Under the pieces are notes generated by a model, which saw only the letters and a list, made by a program, of their open reading frames with translations, made no database searches and had not been told where the DNA came from. Positions 27,789 to 38,202 of a stretch of 64,000 nucleotides of DNA are shown piece by piece. The stretch is from Acidimicrobiales bacterium (GTDB lineage Bacteria > Actinomycetota > Acidimicrobiia > Acidimicrobiales > CAIXPF01), in the NCBI GenBank assembly GCA_038255145.1, contig JBBSLP010000001.1, positions 3,682-67,681 of the forward strand, written 5' to 3'. The stretch's first letter is position 1, and every line of letters starts with the position of its first letter. Made by a program: the position numbers and the translations under genes.

Positions 27789-29735
27789 TCAGGTGAGGCT
27801 GAGCACGCCGTCGACGACGCGGTAGAAGCGCTGCAGGTCGAGGGGCTTGGTCAGGTAGTCGAGCGCCCCCATCTGGGTCAGGCGGGCCACCTGGCGGGCG
27901 GTGGCATCGGCGCTGAGGATGACCACGGGGATGGCGGCGGTGGCGGGTTCGGCCCGCAGGCGGCGCAGCACCTCCTCGCCGCTCACGTCGGGCAGGCCCA
28001 GGTCGAGGAGCACCAGGTCGGGCTGGTGCTCCGCGGCCAGGTCCAGGGCCAGGCTGCCCTGCATGGTGGAGATCAGCACCACCCCGGGTCGGCGGTCGAG
28101 CAGGCGCTCGACGAGGTGCACGTTGGACACGTTGTCCTCGACGTAGAGCACGGTGTGGGTGGTCGGGGTGGCCGGGGGCCGGTCGGCGGCACCGGCCTCG
28201 GCCGGGGGCTGCGGGTCCCCCGGTGCGACCTCACCGGCGAGGTCGATCCAGAACTCGGAGCCCTCGCCCTCGTCGCTGCGCACGCCGATGGCGCCCCCCA
28301 TGGCTTCGAGCAGTCCCTTGGTCAGGGTCAGACCCAGACCGGTGCCCTCCTCGCCGGACTGGTCGGCCATGAGGCGGTCGAAGGGCAGGAAGATGCGCTC
28401 GAGGTCCACGGCGGGGATGCCGATGCCGGTGTCGGTCACCGATGCCCGCAGGCGCCCCGTGGCCGACGGCAGCACGTCGACGCGGACCGAGCCCCCGTCA
28501 CGGTTGTACTTCACCGCGTTGGAGAGCAGGTTGAGCAGCACCTGCTTGAGGCGCTGGTTGTCGGCCCGGACCCACCCCCAGCTGCCGGGCCGGGGTCGGC
28601 CGATGAGCTCGATGGACCGCCGCGCCGCCAGGGGGCGGACCATGTCGAGGGCCTCGCCCATCGACTCGGCCAGGTCCACGGGCTCGAGGGACAGCCGCAG
28701 CTGGCCGCTCTCGATCCGGGAGATCTCCAGGATCTCGTCGATCAGGCCCAGCAGGTGGCGCCCGGCCCGCAGGATGTGCTGCACGCTCTCCTCGTGGACA
28801 GGCTCGAGCTCGTCGAGCTCGAGGAGCTGGCCGAAGCCGAGGATGGCGTTGAGGGGGGTGCGCAGTTCGTGGCTGACCCGGGACAGGAACTCGCTCTTGG
28901 CCCCGCTGGCCCGTTCGGCCTCGGCCAGGGCCGATCGCAGGGCGAGCTCGGCGTGCTTCTGGTCGGTGACGTCCTTGACCGTGGCCACCCACCGCCTGGG
29001 GGCATCGACCCCGGTGCGGGCCGGGGTGAGCCGGCAGCGCATCCACCGCACCTCGCCGTCGGGCTGGAGCAGGCGCAGCTCGAGCATCTCGGGCTGGCCC
29101 CGGTCGAAGGCCCCCACCACCGAGCGCATGAAGGGGTAGCGGTCGTCGGGGTGCAGCCGGTCCACGAAGGATCGGGGGTCGGCGCGGAACTGGGCCCCGG
29201 CTGCCCCCAACAGGCGCTCGAGAGCGGGGTTGACGTAGAGCACCGTCAGGGGGTCGATGCCGATGAGGACGAAGACCTCGTCGATGGTCTCCGCAAGCTG
29301 GCGGAAGCGGTCCTCGCTGTCGGCCAGGGCCGCGGTCACCTGTCGGACCTCGGTGACGTCGGTGGAGATGGTGCCCACCGAGCGGATGACCCCGTCACGG
29401 TCACGCAGGGGGAACTTCAGCGACAGGAAGATGTGGTCCCCGCCATCGGCGGCGGGCAGGCGGTGCTCGAAGACGGTGTCGTCGCCGCTGGCCATGACCT
29501 GGCGCTCGGCCCGGAGCAGGCGGCTCACCGTGTCCAGGGGATAGACGGCGTCCATGGTCCGGCCCACGACCTGGTCGAACGGCAGGCCCATGGTCTCGCT
29601 GAAACCGCGGTTGACGTAGAGGTAGCGGCCTTCGGCGTCCTTGATGGACACCATGGCCGGGGTGGCGTCGAGCATGGCCCGCAGCTGCTCATCGCCGTCG
29701 TGCGCGCTGGGCAGGTCGGCCGGCTCAGCCGTCAC
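27789..29735 (-). CDS. PAS-domain hybrid sensor histidine kinase with C-terminal receiver
   Basis: At least two PAS-like regions, HisKA H-box SHELRTPLNAI, an HATPase domain (GLGLTL), and a REC domain (VLYVEDN...DLVLLDLGLPDVSG). Confidence 0.9.
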   Translation of the reverse strand: MTAEPADLPSAHDGDEQLRAMLDATPAMVSIKDAEGRYLYVNRGFSETMGLPFDQVVGRTMDAVYPLDTVSRLLRAERQVMASGDDTVFEHRLPAADGGDHIFLSLKFPLRDRDGVIRSVGTISTDVTEVRQVTAALADSEDRFRQLAETIDEVFVLIGIDPLTVLYVNPALERLLGAAGAQFRADPRSFVDRLHPDDRYPFMRSVVGAFDRGQPEMLELRLLQPDGEVRWMRCRLTPARTGVDAPRRWVATVKDVTDQKHAELALRSALAEAERASGAKSEFLSRVSHELRTPLNAILGFGQLLELDELEPVHEESVQHILRAGRHLLGLIDEILEISRIESGQLRLSLEPVDLAESMGEALDMVRPLAARRSIELIGRPRPGSWGWVRADNQRLKQVLLNLLSNAVKYNRDGGSVRVDVLPSATGRLRASVTDTGIGIPAVDLERIFLPFDRLMADQSGEEGTGLGLTLTKGLLEAMGGAIGVRSDEGEGSEFWIDLAGEVAPGDPQPPAEAGAADRPPATPTTHTVLYVEDNVSNVHLVERLLDRRPGVVLISTMQGSLALDLAAEHQPDLVLLDLGLPDVSGEEVLRRLRAEPATAAIPVVILSADATARQVARLTQMGALDYLTKPLDLQRFYRVVDGVLSLT

Positions 29736-30231
29736 CGGGCGCCCTACCGACCTCGTGGTCGAGGGCCACAGCCAGCTCGGAGAGGAACGCCTCCTCGGCC
29801 GCGCTCACCGCCTCGCCGCCTAAGCCCAGCACCCCGCCCTCGCGGGTCGAGCGGGCCACCCCACCGGCCAGGTCCAACAGCCACGCGCAGAAGACGTCGG
29901 CCTCGGCGGGCCGGCGGGCAGCGACGAGGGTGGCCACCTCGCGGCTGCGGGCCAGGGCTCTCGCCGGCAGGCCCCCGTCGGGATCGCCCAGTCCGCTGCT
30001 CTCCACGGCACCCTCGAGGGAATCCCCCACCAGGGCCCGGGCCACGTCGTGCACCAGGGCCGAGGTGGACCCGTGCTCGGCGGTGGACCGGACCTGGGCC
30101 AGGAGGGAGGCCAGCTCGTTGCGGCGGCCGAGGACCCCGCTGGGATCGGCCATCATCACGCCGACGGCCACCACCCACGGCGAAGCTCGGACCAGCTGCC
30201 ACTCGTCGACATCGAGTTGAGCGGGGACCAT
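29725..30231 (-). CDS. Hypothetical protein (168 aa)
   Basis: Non-repetitive, coding-like sequence (DEWQLVRASPWVVAVGVMMADPSG...). It overlaps the kinase start by 11 nt. No family recognised. Confidence 0.55.
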   Translation of the reverse strand: MVPAQLDVDEWQLVRASPWVVAVGVMMADPSGVLGRRNELASLLAQVRSTAEHGSTSALVHDVARALVGDSLEGAVESSGLGDPDGGLPARALARSREVATLVAARRPAEADVFCAWLLDLAGGVARSTREGGVLGLGGEAVSAAEEAFLSELAVALDHEVGRAPGDG

Positions 30232-30379
30232 GGTCGCCTCCGGGGCTGGGTTGGTTCGACGACGGTCTTCGGTCGGCGGTCTCGAGCAGCGCTGGTGACG
30301 CGCGGCGCGTGGCGCAGGAGTCTACGTCGCACCGCGGATCGCGGTCCCTGACCTCGGCAGGGCGGCCCAGGCCCACCCG

Positions 30380-30784
30380 TCACTGCCGGGCGGACTCGTT
30401 CACCATGCCCAGGACCCCGCCCAGCACCATGACCACGCCGGGGACGATGATCCACACCCCCAATGGCAGGCCGGCGGCGATCACCACCATGCCCGCGGCG
30501 GTGAGGAACGTGGGCAGGCTCGAGGTGGGGGGCTCGTGCTCGGACCCGGCCGCGGCCACCGTGCCCTCGAGGTCGGTGTGATCACCGGCCTCGATGTCAT
30601 CGGGGTCCCGGGCCAGCTCCACGGCCACGAAGCCGCACAGGCCGGCCGAGAGCACGAGCATGACCGAACCCGACCACTCGCCGTAGGCGAACACGGTGTA
30701 GATCACGGCCAGGATCACGAACCACGCCCCCAGCACGGCGAACACCCGGGCCCCGACCGACATGCGGCCCAACAGGGCGCTCAT
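30380..30784 (-). CDS. ctaF: Cytochrome c oxidase subunit 4 (actinobacterial CtaF-like)
   Basis: 134 aa, four hydrophobic helices. ATGA overlap with the ctaD stop. Size and position match CtaF. Confidence 0.65.
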   Translation of the reverse strand: MSALLGRMSVGARVFAVLGAWFVILAVIYTVFAYGEWSGSVMLVLSAGLCGFVAVELARDPDDIEAGDHTDLEGTVAAAGSEHEPPTSSLPTFLTAAGMVVIAAGLPLGVWIIVPGVVMVLGGVLGMVNESARQ

Positions 30785-32487
30785 GTCGCGCTCCGCTCGC
30801 CCGGCGCAGCGTCGGCCACGTCGGGAGCGTCACCCGTGGTCTTCTGGGCGTGCTTGGCGTCCCACACCGGCCGCTCCGAGCGGATGGGGGGCAAGGGGTG
30901 GTCGAAGTTGTGGGCCGACGGCGGCGAGGCCGTCACCCACTCCAGGGTGTGGCCGTCCCACGGGTCGGCCGCCGCCGGGTCGAGGGGACCCCGCCAGCTG
31001 CGCCACACGTTCCACAGGAAGGGCAGCGTGGAGATGCCCAACAGGAACGCGCCGGCGGTGGAGATCCGGTTCAGCGTCTCCCACCCGTCGCTGGCCTGGT
31101 AGTCGGCCACCCGGCGGGGCATGCCCTCGAGGCCGAGGATGTGCTGCACGAAGAAGGTCAGGTTGAAGCCCACGAACGTGAGCGCCAGGTGGATGTAGCC
31201 CAGGCGCCGGTTCAGCATCCGGCCGGTGAACTTGGGGAACCAGTAGTAGATGCCCGAGAAGAGGGCGAACACCGAACCGCCGAAGAGCACGTAGTGGAAG
31301 TGGGCCACCACGAAGTACGAGTCGGTGACGTGGAAGTCGATGCCCGGTGAGGCCAGCATCACCCCGGTGACCCCGCCCACGACGAACACGATGAGGAAGG
31401 CCATGGCGAACAGCATGGCCGGCTCGTAGTTGAGCTTCCCGCCCCACATGGTGCCGATCCAGTTGAAGAACTTCACCCCCGTGGGCACGGCGATGAGCAT
31501 GGTCGTGGCCCCGAAGAAGGGCAGCAGGACGGCACCGGTGGCGAACATGTGGTGGGCCCACACCCCGACGGACAGGGCGCAGATCGACAACGTGGCCAGC
31601 ACCAGACCCAGGTAGCCGTAGACGGGACGTCGCGAGAAGACGGCGAACACCTCGGTCACCACCCCGAAGTAGGGCAGGACCAGGACGTACACCTCCGGGT
31701 GGCCGAAGAACCAGAACAGGTGCTGCCACAGGATGGCCGAGCCCCCGTTGGCGACGTCGAAGATGTGGCCGTCGAGGTGGCGGTCGGCCAGCAGCATCAC
31801 GCCGGCCGCGGCCACCACGGGGAAGACCAGCAGCACCAGCACACTGGTGGCCACCATGTTCCAGGTGAAGATGGGCAGGCGGAACATGGTCATGCCCGGG
31901 GCCCGCATGGTGAGCACGCTGGCCAGCAGGTTGACGGCGGTGAGGATGCCCGAGGTGCCGGTCAGCAGCAGGCCGCACAGCCACAGGTCCCCGCCCAGGC
32001 CGGGGCTGCGCACGGCCCCGGCCAGGGGCACGTAGGCGAACCAGCCGAAGTCGGCGGCACCGTCGGCGGTGAGGAAGCCCGAGGACATCACCAGCCCGCC
32101 GCCGAGGTACACCCAGTACGAGATGAGGTTGAGCCGGGGGAAGGCCAGGTCCTTGGCCCCGATCTGCAGCGGCACCAGGAAGTTGGCCAGCCCGAAGGCG
32201 AAGGGCCCGGCGAACAGCAGCAACATGATGCTGCCGTGCATGGTGAACAGCTCGTTGTAGACGCCGTTGCTGACGAGCTGCTGGCCCGTCTCGGCCAACT
32301 CGGTCCGCATGCCCATGGCCAGCAGGCCACCGAACATGTAGAAGCCGAAGGCGGTGATCATGTAGGCGAGGCCGATGACCTTGTGGTCCGTGCCCACCAA
32401 CAGGTTCAGCACCCCTCGGGGCCGGCGGGGCTCGAGGTGGGGCAGGGGTTCGGACGCGGCCCCCGGCCTGGCGTCGAGCACCGTCAT
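30781..32487 (-). CDS. ctaD: Cytochrome c oxidase subunit I
   Basis: 568 aa: [27 protein letters not shown]. Confidence 0.95.
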   Translation of the reverse strand: MTVLDARPGAASEPLPHLEPRRPRGVLNLLVGTDHKVIGLAYMITAFGFYMFGGLLAMGMRTELAETGQQLVSNGVYNELFTMHGSIMLLLFAGPFAFGLANFLVPLQIGAKDLAFPRLNLISYWVYLGGGLVMSSGFLTADGAADFGWFAYVPLAGAVRSPGLGGDLWLCGLLLTGTSGILTAVNLLASVLTMRAPGMTMFRLPIFTWNMVATSVLVLLVFPVVAAAGVMLLADRHLDGHIFDVANGGSAILWQHLFWFFGHPEVYVLVLPYFGVVTEVFAVFSRRPVYGYLGLVLATLSICALSVGVWAHHMFATGAVLLPFFGATTMLIAVPTGVKFFNWIGTMWGGKLNYEPAMLFAMAFLIVFVVGGVTGVMLASPGIDFHVTDSYFVVAHFHYVLFGGSVFALFSGIYYWFPKFTGRMLNRRLGYIHLALTFVGFNLTFFVQHILGLEGMPRRVADYQASDGWETLNRISTAGAFLLGISTLPFLWNVWRSWRGPLDPAAADPWDGHTLEWVTASPPSAHNFDHPLPPIRSERPVWDAKHAQKTTGDAPDVADAAPGERSAT

Positions 32488-32514
32488 CTTCTGACCACGC
32501 TCATCGTCGGGCCC

Positions 32515-33354
32515 TCATCCTCGGGCCGCCTCTCGTTCAGCCCGCGTCGTCGCCGGCACCGTGCTCAGGGTCACGTCGTCCACCCGCCCCGCCGCGGCGT
32601 CGTCCAACCAGGCCTCGAAGGCGTCGGGCTCCATCACCTCGACGGTGAAGATCATGTCGGTGTGGTTGAGCCCGCAGTACTCGGCGCAGCGGCTGGTCCA
32701 GCGGCCGACGCGGGTGGGGGTGATGTCGATGGCGTTGTCGATGCCGGGCACCAGATCCCGCTTGGTCAGGAACTCGGGCACCCAGAACGAGTGGATGACG
32801 TCCACGGTCACCAGGTCGAACTGCACGGTCTGGCCCAGGGGCAGGCGCAGCACGGGTACGGAACCGGGCACCCCGGTGACGGCCACGCCCCGGTCGAGGT
32901 AGATGAAGCTCCAGCTCCACTGGAAACCCTGGACCTCGACCTCGAGCTGAGGGTTGGGGTCGAGGCGGGTGATGTCGGCGGTCCTGGCCGTGCTCAGGCC
33001 GAAGAGGATGGCCACGACGATCAGGGGTGACACCAGGTACGCCACCTCGAGCTTGCCGTCGTACTGGTGCTGGGAGGGTTCCCCCTCCGCCCGACGCCAG
33101 CGACGACCGCGGATGACGACGAGGAGGACGAGGACCCAGATGAGCAGCACCACGACGATGGCGATGGGCACGAAGATGCGCCACAGGAAAAGGAAGTCGT
33201 CGCCCTGCGTGGCCGCAGATTCGGGCACCCCGTAGCGGGCCGTGCAGCCACCGAGCCCGGTCGCGGCCAGGGCGGCTGCGGCGAGCACCAGCCCCCGGGG
33301 GGCCCGGCCGCGGCGTCGTGCCCTGCCCCTCCCTGACGCCGTCGGCCCGGTCAC
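32515..33354 (-). CDS. ctaC: Cytochrome c oxidase subunit II
   Basis: CuA site CAEYCGLNHTDM and HSFWVPEF. Lipobox-like LGGC. The start is reassigned to GTG 33354 (GTGA overlap with the upstream gene); the 606-aa track ORF has an Arg/Pro-rich shadow N-terminus. Confidence 0.85.
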   Translation of the reverse strand: MTGPTASGRGRARRRGRAPRGLVLAAAALAATGLGGCTARYGVPESAATQGDDFLFLWRIFVPIAIVVVLLIWVLVLLVVIRGRRWRRAEGEPSQHQYDGKLEVAYLVSPLIVVAILFGLSTARTADITRLDPNPQLEVEVQGFQWSWSFIYLDRGVAVTGVPGSVPVLRLPLGQTVQFDLVTVDVIHSFWVPEFLTKRDLVPGIDNAIDITPTRVGRWTSRCAEYCGLNHTDMIFTVEVMEPDAFEAWLDDAAAGRVDDVTLSTVPATTRAEREAARG

Positions 33355-34232
33355 GGGGGTGACCCTACGGTGGCGGCGGCCTGCCGGGCCGCGGCGGCTT
33401 CGTCGAGGCGGCGGTCGTTGCGCTCGCCGGCCCGCTGCTCGGCCCGGGCCCAGGCCACGGCGGCCCCCAACGTCACCACCAGGCCGATGAGGTCGCCACC
33501 GATCCACAGGAACGACGCCCCCAGGCTCTGGTCCTGTGCGGCGCGGTCGGCGCCGAGCGCGGCGGGATCGGACAGGCCGACACCAGCGGCCAGCACGGCC
33601 ATGGCCACCAGGGCGTGGGCGGGGATGGTCACGAACGACACCCCCACCCGCACCGTCGGCGGCACCCGCCACGCTTCGGGGTCGGCCCCGGTGACGAGCA
33701 TGGCGAAGGCCAACCCCACCACCAGGGCGTGCACGTGCAGCAGGTCGTGGAGCCAGCCGTGGGCCCGGGCCGCCTCGACCACGGCGGGCATGTTCATGGC
33801 CGCCAGGGTCACGGTGAACAGCACGAGGACCGGCAACGGTCGGCGTGCCCCGCGGAGCACGGGCAGGCGCTGCAACTCGAGCACGCTCAGTTGGGTGCGG
33901 CGGCCGCCCGCCTGGACGATCAGGGTGACGGGGGCGCCCAGGGCCAGCAGCAGGGGCCCGACCATGCCGATGAGCAGGTGCTCGACGACGTGGGCGCTGT
34001 ACCAGGTGTCGCTGGCCGCGGCGATGCCCGACTGGCTGGCCACGGCGAGGGACAGCAGGCCCAACCCGAAGGCCACCGCCCGCGACGCCGGCCAGGGACG
34101 GCCGCGGTGGGCCAGTCGGCGGATCCCGATGGCGTAGCCGACGGCCAGGGCCACGAGTACGAGGGCCACGCCGGGCGCCAGGCTGGCATCCCTCAACGGG
34201 CCCCAGGGCCAGAACGGTGCGAGCGCGCCCAT
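33351..34232 (-). CDS. Cytochrome c oxidase assembly protein (Caa3 CtaG-like membrane protein)
   Basis: MGALAPFWPWGPL...YSAHVVEHLLIGMVGPLLLALGAP...; multi-TM. Alternative start at 34265. Confidence 0.7.
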   Translation of the reverse strand: MGALAPFWPWGPLRDASLAPGVALVLVALAVGYAIGIRRLAHRGRPWPASRAVAFGLGLLSLAVASQSGIAAASDTWYSAHVVEHLLIGMVGPLLLALGAPVTLIVQAGGRRTQLSVLELQRLPVLRGARRPLPVLVLFTVTLAAMNMPAVVEAARAHGWLHDLLHVHALVVGLAFAMLVTGADPEAWRVPPTVRVGVSFVTIPAHALVAMAVLAAGVGLSDPAALGADRAAQDQSLGASFLWIGGDLIGLVVTLGAAVAWARAEQRAGERNDRRLDEAAAARQAAATVGSPP

Positions 34233-34386
34233 CGCCGCGGACCGTAGCCGCCTCACTGGCCGCATGCGTGAACGGGCCACTACGGAGCGGGTCCGGTGCT
34301 CGGCCGGCGTGGACAGGGGTGCGGGAACGGCGCAAAGCGGGCCCTCGCTCGGACGGAAGCGCTCCCGTACTGCTACAACGTCGGAG

Positions 34387-34968
34387 GTGACCTCACCGTC
34401 CGTGGCCTCGCCAGCCGACGCTGTCGCCGCCGCCGACCGCAACCCCCTCGGCATCGGCCTGGCCATCTGGCTGGCGTCGGAGCTGATGTTCTTCGCCGGT
34501 CTCTTCGCCGCCTTCGCCTCGCTGGCCGCAGGTTCGGACCAGTGGCCACCCCCCGACGTGCACCTCGACGTGCTGCGATCCGGGCTGTTCACCGTGCTGC
34601 TGGTGGCGTCGAGCTTCACCATCCACCTGGGCGCCCGCGCCGCGGCCAAGGGCCAGCGGGACACGGCGTTGAGCTGGCTGGCGGCCACGGTGGCCCTGGG
34701 GGCGGCCTTCCTCACCAACCAGGTGCAGGAGTACGGCGACCTCGACTTCGGCATCAGCAGCCACGCCTACGGCACCATCTTCCTCGTGCTCACCGGGTTC
34801 CACGGCCTCCACGTGGCCGCCGGGCTGCTGCTCATCGTGCTCATGACCCGCCAGTTCGCCCGCCGGGCGCCCCGGGCGGCCGAGCACGTCCACCTGGCCT
34901 CGTGGTATTGGCACTTCGTCGACGTCGTCTGGATCGGCGTGTTCGTCGCCGTGTACGTGCTCTCGTGA
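34387..34968 (+). CDS. ctaE: Cytochrome c oxidase subunit III
   Basis: IWLASELMFFAGLFAAF...LTGFHGLHVAAGLLL...WYWHFVDVVWI. The start is ambiguous (GTG 34387 or GTG 34402). Confidence 0.85.
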   Translation: MTSPSVASPADAVAAADRNPLGIGLAIWLASELMFFAGLFAAFASLAAGSDQWPPPDVHLDVLRSGLFTVLLVASSFTIHLGARAAAKGQRDTALSWLAATVALGAAFLTNQVQEYGDLDFGISSHAYGTIFLVLTGFHGLHVAAGLLLIVLMTRQFARRAPRAAEHVHLASWYWHFVDVVWIGVFVAVYVLS

Positions 34969-34975
34969 GGCGCTC

Positions 34976-35857
34976 GTGACCACCCGTCGGGGCCGGTGGC
35001 GAGGGGTGGCGCTGGCCGTCGTGGCCAGCGTGGGCCTGGCCGGTGCCCTGCTGGCCCTGGGCACCGGGGTGGCCAAGGCCCAGACGTCCCGACCCGCCCC
35101 GGACGGGGCCCGGCTGTTCCTGACCGGCTGCGCGACGTGCCACGGCGCTGAGGGCCTGGGCACGGAGGACGGCCCCTCCCTCGTGGGGGTGGGGGCCGCG
35201 GCGGCCGACTTCATGCTGCGCACCGGGCGCATGCCCCTGGCCGCCCCGACCCCCCAGGCCCCGAGCAAACCGGTGGCCTACGACGACGCCGACATCGTGG
35301 CCCTGGTGGCCCACGTGGCCGCCTTCGGGGACGGCCCCGCCATCCCCGAGGTGGACCTGGACACGGCCGACATGGTCCTCGGCGGTGAGCTCTACCGGGC
35401 CAACTGCGCGGCGTGCCACAACGCTGCGGGCATCGGCGGCGCCCTCAGCTACGGCCGCGAGGCCCCGTCCCTGCACCACGTGGGTCCGGTGCAGATCGCC
35501 GAGGCCATGCGCATCGGCCCCGGCCAGATGCCGGTGTTCGACAACGCCACCTTCGACGACCACCAGGCCGACTCCATCGTCAAGTACGTCCGCTACCTGG
35601 CCGAGCCCGAGAGCCCCGGCGGCTCGGCCCTCGGTGGGGCCGGTCCCATCCCCGAGGGCTTCGTGGCCGTGCTCGGGGGCCTGGGCGTGCTCATCCTGCT
35701 GGCCCGCTGGATCACCCGGGAACGCGAGGAGGACCCCGTGCGCCCCTACGCCGGCGGCCCGGTCGGCCCCCCCGATCCGGACGCCACCGCACCTGCGGCG
35801 CCCGCCGGCCCACCGGCGGCACCGCCCCACGCCGAGGAGCCCATCGCCCATGGCTGA
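34976..35857 (+). CDS. qcrC: Dihaem cytochrome c subunit of the bc1 complex
   Basis: Two CxxCH motifs (CATCH, CAACH), N-terminal signal/anchor, C-terminal TM and a Pro-rich tail. Confidence 0.9.
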   Translation: MTTRRGRWRGVALAVVASVGLAGALLALGTGVAKAQTSRPAPDGARLFLTGCATCHGAEGLGTEDGPSLVGVGAAAADFMLRTGRMPLAAPTPQAPSKPVAYDDADIVALVAHVAAFGDGPAIPEVDLDTADMVLGGELYRANCAACHNAAGIGGALSYGREAPSLHHVGPVQIAEAMRIGPGQMPVFDNATFDDHQADSIVKYVRYLAEPESPGGSALGGAGPIPEGFVAVLGGLGVLILLARWITREREEDPVRPYAGGPVGPPDPDATAPAAPAGPPAAPPHAEEPIAHG

Positions 35858-36749
35858 CCGCTCGGGGGCGGCCCGTTCCGCCACCCCCTCCCCCACCAGG
35901 ACCGCCTCCCCATCGGGCCCGTCCATCGGCATGCCCCTGCTGTGCTTCGCCGTGTCGGTGGCCGCGGCCTTCGCCCTGACCGCGGTGTACGCCACGGGGG
36001 GCAACGCCCAGGCGGAAGGTGCCCTGCTGGCCGTGTCCCTGGGGGGCATCGGCATCGGGTTGGTGTCGTGGTGCAAGCGGCTCATGCCCAACGAGATCGT
36101 CACCGAAGACCGTCCCAGCCCCGCCTCCGCCGCCGGAGAGGCCGACGAGGTCGTCGACGAGCTGTCCGGGGCCGAGCAGGGCATGGACCGTCGCCACGTG
36201 CTCGAGATCGGGCTGGTCACCGCAGTGGCCGGTCTGGGTGTGGCCGCCCTGCTGCCCATCCGCTCCCTGGGTCCCCGACCGGGCAAGGGCCTCAAGTCCA
36301 CCCCGTGGGCGGCGGGCAACCTGAGGGTGGTGGACGAGGCCGGGGGCATCGTCACCCTCGACCGCCTCGCCCCCAACGGGGTGCTCACCGTCTTCCCCGA
36401 GGGCTTCGTAGGTCGCGAGGACGCCCAGACCCTGCTCATGAACCTGCGGCGGGACGACTTCGTGCCCGTCAAGGGTCGCGAGGACTGGGTGGCCGACGGC
36501 TACGTGGGCTACTCCAAGGTCTGCACCCACGCCGGCTGCCCCGTGGGCCTGTTCGAGGAGCGCCTGGGCACGCTCTTGTGCCCGTGCCACCAGTCGACCT
36601 TCGACGTGCTGCACGGGGCCAGGCCCGTGTTCGGCCCCGCCACCCGGCCCCTGCCCCAGCTCCCCCTGGCTCTCGACGGCCAGACCCTGATCGCCACCGG
36701 CGACTTCTCCGCCCCCGTCGGCCCCGGGTTCTGGGACATGGACCGATGA
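35850..36749 (+). CDS. qcrA: Rieske iron-sulfur subunit of the bc1 complex
   Basis: ATG 35850 overlaps the qcrC end by 8 nt. Rieske boxes CTHAGC and CPCHQS. Confidence 0.9.
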   Translation: MADRSGAARSATPSPTRTASPSGPSIGMPLLCFAVSVAAAFALTAVYATGGNAQAEGALLAVSLGGIGIGLVSWCKRLMPNEIVTEDRPSPASAAGEADEVVDELSGAEQGMDRRHVLEIGLVTAVAGLGVAALLPIRSLGPRPGKGLKSTPWAAGNLRVVDEAGGIVTLDRLAPNGVLTVFPEGFVGREDAQTLLMNLRRDDFVPVKGREDWVADGYVGYSKVCTHAGCPVGLFEERLGTLLCPCHQSTFDVLHGARPVFGPATRPLPQLPLALDGQTLIATGDFSAPVGPGFWDMDR

Positions 36750-36765
36750 CGGGAACGGACGAGAC

Positions 36766-38184
36766 GTGATCACCCGCAAGCTCATCCGTTGGTTGGACCA
36801 ACGCACGGGCGCGGCCGGGGTGACGGCCAAGACGCTCGAGAAGGTGTTCCCCAACCACTGGTCGTTCCTGCTGGGCGAGGTGGCCCTCTACTCGTTCGTC
36901 ATGCTGGTGCTGACCGGCACCTACCTGGGGTTCTTCTACGTGCCCTCGGTGGCCACCACCACCTACACCGGCAGCTACGCCCCCCTGCAGGGCGTCGAGG
37001 TGTCCCAGGCCTACCGCTCTGCCCTCGACCTGTCCTTCGACGTGCGGGCCGGCCTGGTCATGCGCCAGATGCACCACTGGGCCGCGCTGATCTTCGTGGC
37101 CGCCATCACCGCCCACCTGGCCCGCATCTTCTTCACCGGGGCCTTCCGCCGGCCCCGGGAGCTCAACTGGATGATCGGCGTCACCCTGATGCTGCTGGCC
37201 ATCGGGAACGGGTTCGCCGGCTACTCGTTGCTCGACGACCAGCTGTCGGGCACGGGCCTGCGCATCATGTACTCCGTCATCATCTCCATCCCGTTGGCGG
37301 GGACGTGGATCGCCTCACTGGTCTTCGGTGGTGACTTCCCCGGCGAGGACATCCTCAGTCGGCTCTTCCTGCTCCACGTCTTCGTCATACCCATAACCAT
37401 CACCGGGCTGTTGGTGCTCCACCTGGGCATGTTGGTGAAGCACAAGCACACCCACTTCCCCGGTCGGGGGGCCACGGACCACAACGTTGTCGGTGAGCGC
37501 CTGTGGCCCACCTATGCGGCCAAGGCCGGGGGCCTGTTCTTCATCACCGCCGCGGTGATCGCCGCCCTCGGTGGCCTGGCCCAGATCAACGCCATCTGGA
37601 TCTACGGGCCGTTCCGCACGTCCAACGTGAGCGCCCTGTCCCAGCCCGATTGGTACATGGGCTGGCTGGAGGGGGCCATGCGGTTGATGCCGGCGTGGGA
37701 GATCTCGCTCGGCGGCTACACCGTGCCCAACCCCTTCTTCCCCGGGGTGCTCATCCCCGGCATCACCTTCACCCTGCTCTACGCCTGGCCCTTCCTCGAG
37801 GCCTGGCGCACCCGGGACCGGGCCGAGCACCACGTGCTCGACCGGCCCCGGGACCGGCCCGGACGCACCGCCGCGGGTGCAGCCACCCTGGCCTTCTACA
37901 GCGTGTTGGGCCTGGGCGGGGCCAACGACCTGCTGACCACGTTCTTCGGCCTGTCGCTCAACCAGGTGGTGTGGGTGCTGCGGGCCATGCTCGTGGTCGT
38001 GCCCATCGCCGCCGCCCTGGTCACCTACCGGTTGTGCCTGGAACTGCAGCAGCGCGACCGGGGTGATGCCGACGACATCGCCACCGGGAACGCCCACCGT
38101 GAGCTGGGCGGCGGCGCAGCTGGGGACGGGGGCTCGGCCAGCGGTGCAGCGGTGGCGCCGGTGGTGGTCGCCCGCACCGACTAG
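36766..38184 (+). CDS. qcrB: Cytochrome b subunit of the bc1 complex
   Basis: 472 aa: FPNHWSFLLGEVALYSF...RQMHHWAA...LFLLHVFVIP. Confidence 0.9.
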   Translation: MITRKLIRWLDQRTGAAGVTAKTLEKVFPNHWSFLLGEVALYSFVMLVLTGTYLGFFYVPSVATTTYTGSYAPLQGVEVSQAYRSALDLSFDVRAGLVMRQMHHWAALIFVAAITAHLARIFFTGAFRRPRELNWMIGVTLMLLAIGNGFAGYSLLDDQLSGTGLRIMYSVIISIPLAGTWIASLVFGGDFPGEDILSRLFLLHVFVIPITITGLLVLHLGMLVKHKHTHFPGRGATDHNVVGERLWPTYAAKAGGLFFITAAVIAALGGLAQINAIWIYGPFRTSNVSALSQPDWYMGWLEGAMRLMPAWEISLGGYTVPNPFFPGVLIPGITFTLLYAWPFLEAWRTRDRAEHHVLDRPRDRPGRTAAGAATLAFYSVLGLGGANDLLTTFFGLSLNQVVWVLRAMLVVVPIAAALVTYRLCLELQQRDRGDADDIATGNAHRELGGGAAGDGGSASGAAVAPVVVARTD

Positions 38185-38202
38185 GTCGAGGTCGACGGCG
38201 TC

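Noticed and set aside
32515-34335. A 606-aa version of cytochrome oxidase subunit II. The same pattern applies to the 709-aa version of dihydropyrimidinase (19605-21734) and the 467-aa version of the CtaG-like protein (33351-34754).
   Set aside because: The N-terminal extensions are Arg/Pro-rich and overlap neighbouring genes. Internal GTG or ATG starts with 4-bp overlaps give normal-sized proteins.
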